Below are positions 10,304 to 18,021 of a DNA stretch of 57,661 bases, one piece after another. A program made the translations under genes and the position numbers. Source of the stretch: an uncultured virus (IMG/VR IMGVR_UViG_3300036940_000262). Its lineage: Duplodnaviria > Heunggongvirae > Uroviricota > Caudoviricetes. Within the stretch, counting starts at the first letter, position 1, and each line of letters opens with the position of its first letter. Where the stretch lies: IMG/VR virus record IMGVR_UViG_3300036940_000262, one strand, 5' to 3'. A model generated the notes under the pieces. It saw only the letters and a list, made by a program, of their open reading frames with translations, did no database searches and was not told the origin of the DNA.

Positions 10304-10342
10304 GTGGAGTGGCTGTAATGCCTTTTTAAGGCTTTTTATTTT
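10265..10342 (+). terminator. long stem-loop followed by small hairpin and T-run
   Basis: Perfect 12-bp arms TTACAGCCACTC (10265-10276) / GAGTGGCTGTAA (10307-10318), then GCCTT..AAGGC and TTTTTATTTT. Confidence 0.55.
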
Positions 10343-10433
10343 AAAGGGTGCTTGGGTGGCAGTTTCTCCAAAAAAGCGGTAGAAAAGGCACACAGGCGAA
10401 ATTATTTGGTTTGAGAGAAAAAAGGAGGTCATT

Positions 10434-11279
10434 TTGGGTTTTCTGGTAAAAAATGAAAGTGATTTAAGAGCTGGCCAAAATCAAGGAATTTTAGATAAAC
10501 CGCTTATAGAGGTTTACAACAAAAATTTATCACCATTAAGGTCTGTATTAAAGCTTAAATATGGTGGTTTTTATAAAGATGACTTCTATATAAATGTAGA
10601 AAAACGGTTTTCAAAGTTGTATGCTTACACAGGGGGTTTATATGAGGAGTGTGTTGTTCTTGCAAAATCAGGTGCTGTAGATGGCAAACTGTCAAATGAT
10701 TCAGAGTTGGTAAGTGTTTTTGAAAAAGTGGTAAAAAACTTTGAGGTTAACTCAACATATCATTTTAACAATCTTCCACAAACAACAGGCTACTTCAAGA
10801 AAAAGAAAACATTATTGGGTTGTAGCACAGAGTTTTTCTTGTACAAAGACTCAACCTATAATGTGATACTTAGGGGTAGTGAAGATACAGATGTAAAAGT
10901 AAATAAAGAATACTGTCGAAATATGGGGTACGATTACGATATCGTAGAGAGGTATATTGAGAAAGGTTACTCAAGAGAAGGGGTGTACAACTACTTAGCG
11001 TATCTTAAAACAGGGTTGTTTGTCTGTGAGGGCAAAACCTATAAATCTATTGAGATTGCCTGTAATGACTTGAAAGTACCGTATGGGGCTATTGTTAGTA
11101 TCATTTTAACGAGAGAGTGTGATTTATGGGATGCTGTAGAATATTATCAATGGATGGAAGACAACAAAGATTATTTGGAAGTCTGCAGCACAGGTCTTTT
11201 AGAAACAAAAGGAAAAGAAGCCAGAATGATTCATAAAAGTATTAAACGAGATGATGATGTCGGTTGGGAGGAATTGTAG
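10434..11279 (+). CDS. hypothetical protein with C-terminal HTH-like repeats
   Basis: FVCEGKTYKSIEIACNDLKV resembles the repeats in 16925..17959. Confidence 0.5.
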   Translation: MGFLVKNESDLRAGQNQGILDKPLIEVYNKNLSPLRSVLKLKYGGFYKDDFYINVEKRFSKLYAYTGGLYEECVVLAKSGAVDGKLSNDSELVSVFEKVVKNFEVNSTYHFNNLPQTTGYFKKKKTLLGCSTEFFLYKDSTYNVILRGSEDTDVKVNKEYCRNMGYDYDIVERYIEKGYSREGVYNYLAYLKTGLFVCEGKTYKSIEIACNDLKVPYGAIVSIILTRECDLWDAVEYYQWMEDNKDYLEVCSTGLLETKGKEARMIHKSIKRDDDVGWEEL

Positions 11280-11431
11280 CACTAAGTCTTTTTGTTAAGT
11301 GCTATAATTACAAGTAAAAAGTAGAGAGAAGGTTTTAAAATGACGGGTGTTTTAAAAACAGCAACAATAGGTATGTGTACAATTGGTCTGTATTGGTTAT
11401 TGTTATTAGAGTTGTTCTTTTAGGAGGTTTT

Positions 11432-11611
11432 ATGTCAATACTGTTTTCAATTACAATTATCTTTGTAGCGGTGGTCAGTTTGATATCTTTTGCATTGTCT
11501 ATCCTGTTTGCTCCTGTAAAATGGGTGATTAAGAAGCTAACACCTTTAGTCATTGCAATTGGTACAGGCTTCATTATATACTGGTATTTTTCAGGAGCAG
11601 TGATGTTTTAA
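11432..11611 (+). CDS. small membrane protein
   Basis: AGGAGG RBS before the MSILFS start; hydrophobic. Confidence 0.5.
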   Translation: MSILFSITIIFVAVVSLISFALSILFAPVKWVIKKLTPLVIAIGTGFIIYWYFSGAVMF

Positions 11612-11746
11612 AGAAGAAGGGGGTAGGATTTTTATGTCTTACAATTTTATAGGTGGAGATTTTGTTTGCAACGGAGATTTCGTTCCTGACATCAATCAAC
11701 AGAGAGATATGCAGGAAAGAATGGACAATTATTAAGAGATTAAGGG

Positions 11747-12115
11747 GTGGAAATGATAGAAACTATGGTCTTTACAATTATTGCAGGATTGTTAACAGTC
11801 ATACCTGCTGACAAGCACAGAAAGTTTTTTGCAGAGAAAGGGATTCTTTTTTCCCATATATTCTTTACGATTGTACTGACAAGGTGTTTAGCAATCGGAT
11901 TGGCACTAGCCTTTGCAGGGGTATATCTTGCAAAACTGTTTTTTACGGTAACGACTCTTGCAGGTATTTGGTTAGGAGTGGCTTTATTTGTAGTAGGGTT
12001 ATTTCTGGGGTACAGACTACCGGTGGCAAAATTCGGTGATCCGTCAAAAGTGACTTATAAAGACTTGAAAGAACAACATACACCTAGAAAAAGAATGTTT
12101 AAGAAACGTAAATAA
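11747..12115 (+). CDS. membrane protein
   Basis: Three hydrophobic segments and a basic tail. Confidence 0.55.
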   Translation: MEMIETMVFTIIAGLLTVIPADKHRKFFAEKGILFSHIFFTIVLTRCLAIGLALAFAGVYLAKLFFTVTTLAGIWLGVALFVVGLFLGYRLPVAKFGDPSKVTYKDLKEQHTPRKRMFKKRK

Positions 12116-12123
12116 ACAGTTTA

Positions 12124-12161
12124 AAACTAGGTAAAAAGAGATATATTGATTGTGGTATAAT
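12124..12161 (+). promoter_or_regulatory. element-specific promoter of the TnpB-CRISPR locus
   Basis: AAACTAGGTA (GGTA at 12130-12133), then 22 nt, then extended -10 TG-G-TATAAT at 12156-12161. Confidence 0.65.
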
Positions 12162-12191
12162 AATGCTAGAGTTAGAGAGGAGGTGAGAAAA

Positions 12192-13421
12192 ATAGAGACA
12201 GTATACAGAATTGAGAAACATATTATTAAAAAGAAGCATCCGCATTTTGCTATGTTGGAGGATTACTGCCATAGAGCAAAGAATCTTTACAACAAGACAA
12301 ACTACGAAATCCGACAAGAGTTTACTAAAAGTGGTAAGGTTTTAAGTCAATTCACTTTAAATAAGTATATGAAAACAGGTGAAAGAGAGGAAGTGTATCG
12401 TGCTATGCCATCGGCTAGAAGTGCTAATGGTACAATAGAGTTGGTGTCTAATGCATGGGTATCCTTTATAAAGGCAAGAAAAGACTACTTTAAGCATCCT
12501 GAGAAGTATAAGAGGTGTCCACGCATACCTGGTTTCTTAGAGAAAGACGGTATGCACATTTTAAACTTAACAAAAGATAGTTGTACACTCAAAGAGGGGT
12601 ACATTTGCTTTCCAAAAGTCTTTGAGGGTTTAAAGTTAAAAACGAATATTACATCAAAACCACAGGTGGTTAGGATTTTACCGAGAAATAAACACTTTGT
12701 TGTAGAGGTTGTTTATAAGATTGAAGTACCTGACAAAGTAGAGGATAACGGACGTTATTTCAGTATTGATATTGGTTTAGATAACTTGGCAACTGTTACA
12801 TCAAATACAGGTATGAGACCTGTAATCATTAACGGTAAAGGTCTAAAGTCAATCAACAAATACTACAATAAACAACTTGCTTATTACAAAAGCATAGCGA
12901 AACAGATGAACGGTGTATTCTCAACAAATAATTTAAATAAGCTTTCCTATAAAAGAAACAACAAGATAAAAGACTATTTACACAAGGCAAGTAAATATAT
13001 TATTGATCTAGCAGTTGAAAACAACATATCGACAATTGTTGTAGGAAACAATAAGGGGTGGAAACAGGAGTCAAAACTATCTAAAAAAGTTAATCAGACT
13101 TTTGTAGGGTTACCGCATCAAATATTTATAGATATGTTAACTTATAAAGGAGAGGATGTAGGAATATCCGTAATTACAACAGAAGAGTCCTACACATCTG
13201 GTACTAGCTTCTTAGACAATGAAGAACCTGTAAAAGAAAACTATAACAAAAAGAGAAGAAAGCATCGAGGGTTATTTATCAGCAACGAAGGGGTAAAAAT
13301 CAATGCAGATGTGAACGCTTCTTATCAAATACTTAAAAAAGTATTCCCTAAAGCGTATGTAGAGTATGGAGAAGGGATAGAGGGTGTGGTGTTACATCCA
13401 ATTGTAGTAAACGCCGCTTAA
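12192..13421 (+). CDS. tnpB: CRISPR-adjacent TnpB-family RNA-guided nuclease (candidate compact Cas12-like effector), ~409 aa
   Basis: N-terminal RIEKHII..KNLYN..NY.IRQ, RuvC-I SIDIGLDNLA, RuvC-II IVVGNNKGWKQ with alternative Glu in TEESYTS, RuvC-III NADVNAS. No zinc finger and no transposase nearby. Start inferred from RBS GGAGGT at 12179-12184; the track's TTG at 12150 lies inside the promoter. Confidence 0.9.
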   Translation: METVYRIEKHIIKKKHPHFAMLEDYCHRAKNLYNKTNYEIRQEFTKSGKVLSQFTLNKYMKTGEREEVYRAMPSARSANGTIELVSNAWVSFIKARKDYFKHPEKYKRCPRIPGFLEKDGMHILNLTKDSCTLKEGYICFPKVFEGLKLKTNITSKPQVVRILPRNKHFVVEVVYKIEVPDKVEDNGRYFSIDIGLDNLATVTSNTGMRPVIINGKGLKSINKYYNKQLAYYKSIAKQMNGVFSTNNLNKLSYKRNNKIKDYLHKASKYIIDLAVENNISTIVVGNNKGWKQESKLSKKVNQTFVGLPHQIFIDMLTYKGEDVGISVITTEESYTSGTSFLDNEEPVKENYNKKRRKHRGLFISNEGVKINADVNASYQILKKVFPKAYVEYGEGIEGVVLHPIVVNAA

Positions 13422-13456
13422 GCGGTGTTGAACAATAAATTCTTTGACAATTTAAG
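13382..13456 (+). ncRNA. putative tracrRNA / omegaRNA 5' scaffold overlapping the tnpB 3' end
   Basis: Hairpin at 13382-13399 with loop GTGT, 20-nt palindrome at 13410-13429 over the stop codon, and anti-repeat ATTCTTTGACAA at 13439-13450. The 5' boundary is uncertain. Confidence 0.55.
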
Positions 13457-13800
13457 GTTGAAGTTCGTCAATGTTTGTCAGGGGAATGACACAGGTGTAA
13501 TTCCAATACGCTCTCTTTCAGCGTTGAAGTTCGTCAATGTTTGTCAGGGGAATGACACCCACATACAAAATTGACCTGACAAGACTTAGTTGAAGTTCGT
13601 CAATGTTTGTCAGGGGAATGACACTAATCGTACCCTCTGTATACGATTCATAAGGTTGAAGTTCGTCAATGTTTGTCAGGGGAATGACACTTGATGTTTC
13701 TACGTATAATGGCAGTAATCGTTGAAGTTCGTCAATGTTTGTCAGGGGAATGACACTATCTACAGTGTGGATTAGATTAGGTACTAGTTGAAGTTCGTCA
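13457..13800 (+). CRISPR. CRISPR array: five identical 36-bp repeats, one truncated terminal repeat, five 30-bp spacers
   Basis: Repeat GTTGAAGTTCGTCAATGTTTGTCAGGGGAATGACAC at 13457, 13523, 13589, 13655 and 13721; 14-bp remnant at 13787-13800. All spacers are unique. Confidence 0.97.
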
Positions 13801-13853
13801 GTTAGACGGTTTATATTTGTTAAATTGAACAAAATTAGAAAGAGGTAAATAGT

Positions 13854-14561
13854 TTGAGTAAAGAACGAGTAGTTGTAAAAACAAGGTCAGTAACAGAGCG
13901 GTCTTATGTACATTTCTTTAAAGATATGTTTGATAATATGTGCAGTTTTGCTTGTGCTGATGATGGTAGATTGCTGGATGCTGAGGATGAGGAAGAGTAT
14001 ACAAAGTGTTTAGACGATAGTAAAGTATCTTACAAAGGGGTAAAAAAATATACTACTATGAGAGAGGGGATGGATATTCTGTGCCTAGAGTGCGGTGAGG
14101 TTGTGAGTATCAATATGAATTCATCATCATCAACTACTTTCACTTGCAGTCATTGTGGTAAAGGTTACGACAATAAAGGTTATAGTGTAGACGACAGAAT
14201 TTTCAGTGAGGTTGTAGAGGTGGAATTAACAAGAGAAGACAAATGTAAATTGGCATTATATGTGTCATTGAGAACTAATTTTGTACTTAAGGAACATATA
14301 AATGAAGCGTTACCTTTATATGGTGAAGAAGTAAATAAGGAAGCCTATAAAGTTTTTCAAGATAGGGTAGACCCTAGGATACCTTATGAAACACAACTGC
14401 TTAACTTTATAAAATCCTCTCAGGTGGAGCCTGTTGGTAGAAGGTTAGGTAAAACTGAAGAGAAGATTGATAAGATGACAAAAGATGTTTTAGAGGTTGT
14501 TTTACAGTCTGTAGACTATGAGGCAGTAGCGAAATCTTTTCAAGACGGGCAAGAGGGGTAG
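13854..14561 (+). CDS. hypothetical protein with zinc ribbon
   Basis: CLECG and CSHCG pair; GAGG RBS. Confidence 0.55.
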   Translation: MSKERVVVKTRSVTERSYVHFFKDMFDNMCSFACADDGRLLDAEDEEEYTKCLDDSKVSYKGVKKYTTMREGMDILCLECGEVVSINMNSSSSTTFTCSHCGKGYDNKGYSVDDRIFSEVVEVELTREDKCKLALYVSLRTNFVLKEHINEALPLYGEEVNKEAYKVFQDRVDPRIPYETQLLNFIKSSQVEPVGRRLGKTEEKIDKMTKDVLEVVLQSVDYEAVAKSFQDGQEG

Positions 14562-14566
14562 AGTTC

Positions 14567-15004
14567 ATGACAACATTAACCTATGCATTAATTGTTGTTG
14601 GAGTAGTCTTTGCAATTGTAGGGGTTGTTATGCTATTCTCATGCATTGCTGAAGGTGTGGCTAAAGGTGTGTTTATATTTGGTCTTGGAGTAATATTGCT
14701 GATTGTGACTTTATTTTTACCAACCTCTACTGACTTATCTATAGATACTTCAAGTTGGTTAAGTGAAACATACACTTGTTATGAAACTCAAGAAACTTTA
14801 ATGTTATTCCAACATGATAATACTTACCACGTATATAATGAAGTGAACTACACGTCAGATGATGGTATCTACACAAAGATAGACGATAACATAATAAGAT
14901 TCAAAAGAGGTTCTGTTGAGTATGAAGCTGTTTACGAGGAGAGCGACGATAATCTAACTGTAGAGAACTTAGATACAGGTCAGAAATACAAGTTTGAGGG
15001 GTAG
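14567..15004 (+). CDS. membrane-anchored protein
   Basis: Two N-terminal TM segments and a small beta-rich domain; similar layout to 56870..57337. Confidence 0.55.
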   Translation: MTTLTYALIVVGVVFAIVGVVMLFSCIAEGVAKGVFIFGLGVILLIVTLFLPTSTDLSIDTSSWLSETYTCYETQETLMLFQHDNTYHVYNEVNYTSDDGIYTKIDDNIIRFKRGSVEYEAVYEESDDNLTVENLDTGQKYKFEG

Positions 15005-15037
15005 TATTCAGGTAGAGTAAACAAAGGGCTTAAAATC

Positions 15038-15059
15038 GACTGCTTATGCAGTCTTTTTT
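15038..15059 (+). terminator. intrinsic terminator
   Basis: GACTGC-TTAT-GCAGTC followed by TTTTTT. Confidence 0.7.
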
Positions 15060-15144
15060 ATTGTCAAAAAAGGGTAATTTATTTTCATTTTTGTAGATAG
15101 AATTTTCAATATATGCTATTATCAGAGAATAGGGGTTAAGGGGT

Positions 15145-16923
15145 ATGAACGGGGTAGATGTAAAAATCTTTGAGGAAATATTAGAGAACGGTAGTAGGCT
15201 ACCAAGGATTCCTTTAAATTCAGAAGAAGGTTGTTTTAAAAATTCTGGAATAGAGGATTTTGTAAGTAAGCAAACAAAAGCAAGTAAATACTCATCAAAA
15301 AAGAGTGCTAAGAAACAGACTAGAAAGAGAGGTATTGTTTTAGTACCAAGCACTAAAACAGACAGTATTGAGAGTGAGGCAGAGGAAGAGATTAAGAAAC
15401 TATTAGAGTTTGAGGGTGGTGAGGTTTTGCCACCATACTCAATAATGTTTACAGCACACTTTGCTAAAAACAAGAACTTGTATACTTTAATAGACTGCGA
15501 GTATGAGAAGCATAAGAACGTGGTTGTGGGGTTAATAGAGTCATCATCTTTAAAGGATGAGGACATCCTTCACAGGGGTACACCGCAGTATGAATTGATG
15601 GCTAGGAAAGTATTAGGTTTACTGTTATACAATCTTGACTACTATGTAAACTTATTTTTTAGTAGAGAGAATCCTAAACTACAGAAGTATATAACAAATA
15701 GTGAGCATTATAAAGAGGGTAATGTATTCTCAAAAGTTGGGATGTCTAGGAAAGATTTTTCAATAGAGAACATTATTTATTGTTATTATATGTTCAAAGA
15801 GAACAAGGAGGCTAAGAGAAAAGCCAACTCAGAACTTTTAAAAGGCTTTACTAACTACATGGGATCGATGTTAGAAGGGTTTTATAAGGACGGTTTAGTG
15901 TATGATTCTGATATTTCTATGGATGGTGTAGACGAGTTTTGGGAAAGGTATACAGAAGAAACAGGTGTATCAAGAGACTTTACAGATATTGCTGATTTTG
16001 TAAAGAAGCATAAAGACACTACTATGTATGATAAAGTGTTCAATTCGAGTATAAAAAAGATTTTAGACAATTCAGGGGTAGGTTTCTTAACAGTTGATGT
16101 TGAGGTGTCTTTAGAGGACATAAACTTAGTAACTAGCATCTATCTATCATATAATGAAGGAGTTCTAGGGTTTGTTGAGTTCTTTGTTGAGAAGTGTTTT
16201 ATGTTAAAAGTTGCTAAATCTTATACTGATCTAAAAAAGACGTATTTAAATGAAAATTCAGATTACTTGAAAGATAAGGTAGGTGCTTTAGAGTTTGAAA
16301 ATCAGAGGTTAATCAAGGATTTGTCTAGTATTGAGAATAAACATACTAAAGAAATTTCTGATAAAAACAGTATAATAAAGAGACTATCAGGGGTAGAAAA
16401 GAAGCTAAAACAAGAATATGAATCAAAGGTTTCTAAACTTCATAAAGAGTATAAAGCGGAGATTGCAAAGCTTAAATCGGGTTATGAGAAAACAATTAAA
16501 GAAAACGAAAAGAAGATAGAGTCTTTGTCATTAAGTAAGAGTAGACTTAAAGGCGAGATTAGAGACTTGCAGATGAAGTTTATCGGGGATGAAGAGGACT
16601 CCAAAATGACGATGGATGAAGCCATCGCTGTCATTAGTAGTTTCAACAGAATACTTTATGTAGCAGACTTAGACTTTGGTATGCCTAGATTGAAAGTTCT
16701 AAAGGAAAAACTGCCAATGGTGGACTTCTATGATGGTACTTTCCCTTCAAAAGCGGATATTGTATTCACTGACATCGGTTTAATGCATCATAGTTTATTC
16801 TGGAAAACAGAGAACTACTATAGTTCTCTAGACACACCAATACACTTAATAAAGTCATCAGGTTTAGAGAGTAAGTTAGTAGAAATGGCTACAAGTTTAA
16901 AAGAGTTAGAAAGGTTAGGTTAG
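15145..16923 (+). CDS. coiled-coil protein with C-terminal DUF2325-like domain
   Basis: Long heptad region followed by ADIVFTDIGLMHH. Confidence 0.5.
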   Translation: MNGVDVKIFEEILENGSRLPRIPLNSEEGCFKNSGIEDFVSKQTKASKYSSKKSAKKQTRKRGIVLVPSTKTDSIESEAEEEIKKLLEFEGGEVLPPYSIMFTAHFAKNKNLYTLIDCEYEKHKNVVVGLIESSSLKDEDILHRGTPQYELMARKVLGLLLYNLDYYVNLFFSRENPKLQKYITNSEHYKEGNVFSKVGMSRKDFSIENIIYCYYMFKENKEAKRKANSELLKGFTNYMGSMLEGFYKDGLVYDSDISMDGVDEFWERYTEETGVSRDFTDIADFVKKHKDTTMYDKVFNSSIKKILDNSGVGFLTVDVEVSLEDINLVTSIYLSYNEGVLGFVEFFVEKCFMLKVAKSYTDLKKTYLNENSDYLKDKVGALEFENQRLIKDLSSIENKHTKEISDKNSIIKRLSGVEKKLKQEYESKVSKLHKEYKAEIAKLKSGYEKTIKENEKKIESLSLSKSRLKGEIRDLQMKFIGDEEDSKMTMDEAIAVISSFNRILYVADLDFGMPRLKVLKEKLPMVDFYDGTFPSKADIVFTDIGLMHHSLFWKTENYYSSLDTPIHLIKSSGLESKLVEMATSLKELERLG

Positions 16924-16924
16924 T

Positions 16925-17959
16925 ATGTATACAGTAAGAGGTAAAAACTACGAATCCCCTACAGAAGCTTGCTTCAAATTAGGGGTAGAACATCACGATG
17001 TTTTAAAGTACTCAAACAAAGGGTATGGCATGAATGAGTCTATTGAATTAGCATTGCAAGACAAAGAAAACGAGTCTTTTATTGTAGATGGTGTAGATTA
17101 CAAAACACTATCCAATGGGTGTAAATTATTAAAGGTGTCAGAAGCTTGTGTGCTTCGGTATTATGTTGAAGAGGGTTTATCTCCTCAAGAAGCGGTTTAC
17201 AAGGCAAAAGCAAACAATGAGACAGGGTTTTATATGCATGATGTAGACTACGGCTCAATAACAAATGCTTGTATACACTACGGTGTAAATTACAACACTG
17301 TTAGAAGGTATGTAAGGGATAAAGGCTTAACAGAACAAGAAGCAATCAGAGCAGTTGCTGATAAACATTCTTTCGTAGTCTTTGGTGTAAACTATAAAAC
17401 AAAGACAAACGCCTGTAAGAAGTTAGGTGTGAAACAACGTCAATTGAATAGTCTACTAAAACAAGGCTACTCTATAAACTCTGCCTTTGATGTACTGTTA
17501 GGGGTTGAAAATCATAAGGTTTTAGAGGAGTCTTTTGAAAAGAAAGTAGCAAGACTCTTTAGAGATATGATATTCAGTTTAGATTTAGATATGGCTGAGT
17601 TAGGTGGCGGCAAGATTACAGATACAGACTTCTCTATCATATACAAAGACATTCTTCAAGTAATGTTAATAGGTGATGAAAATATAACAACCAGAACAAT
17701 GCTTAAAGACGACAATCTCTCAGATAGTGTAACTTGTACATTCCAAAATAAGACATTATCAGAGTCTCATAAAGAGTTAAAAAAGGTACTTGAAAGTAAA
17801 GGCATAAAATCACTGAATTTCAATGTAGCATCTTTAAATAAATCGAGTGCAATTTATGCAAACTTGGATGTTAAGATACTATTCTTCACTTACAACAACT
17901 CACAATTTTTTGTCTTAGTTGATGGTAATAAATTCTTATTAGAGCAATTGAAAGGGTAA
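16925..17959 (+). CDS. protein with four N-terminal HTH-like repeats
   Basis: Repeats of F.V.GV.Y.(S/T)..(A/G)C...GV. Confidence 0.6.
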   Translation: MYTVRGKNYESPTEACFKLGVEHHDVLKYSNKGYGMNESIELALQDKENESFIVDGVDYKTLSNGCKLLKVSEACVLRYYVEEGLSPQEAVYKAKANNETGFYMHDVDYGSITNACIHYGVNYNTVRRYVRDKGLTEQEAIRAVADKHSFVVFGVNYKTKTNACKKLGVKQRQLNSLLKQGYSINSAFDVLLGVENHKVLEESFEKKVARLFRDMIFSLDLDMAELGGGKITDTDFSIIYKDILQVMLIGDENITTRTMLKDDNLSDSVTCTFQNKTLSESHKELKKVLESKGIKSLNFNVASLNKSSAIYANLDVKILFFTYNNSQFFVLVDGNKFLLEQLKG

Positions 17960-18021
17960 ACAGGGTAAAAATATGAAAGGGTTTTTGGTATAATGGTATA
18001 AAATAAAAAAGGGAGCAGGGT

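Noticed and set aside
12261..12272. 12-nt match between tnpB (GATTACTGCCAT) and the reverse complement of the spacer 4 3' end, suggesting autoregulation
   Set aside because: A 12-mer match among five spacers and both strands of 57 kb is roughly expected by chance, and it lies at the guide-distal end rather than the seed.
13518..13832. 104-aa minus-strand ORF with repeated VIPLTNIDELQ
   Set aside because: It is the translation of the CRISPR array (66-bp period, divisible by 3). It has no RBS and lies opposite to all real genes.
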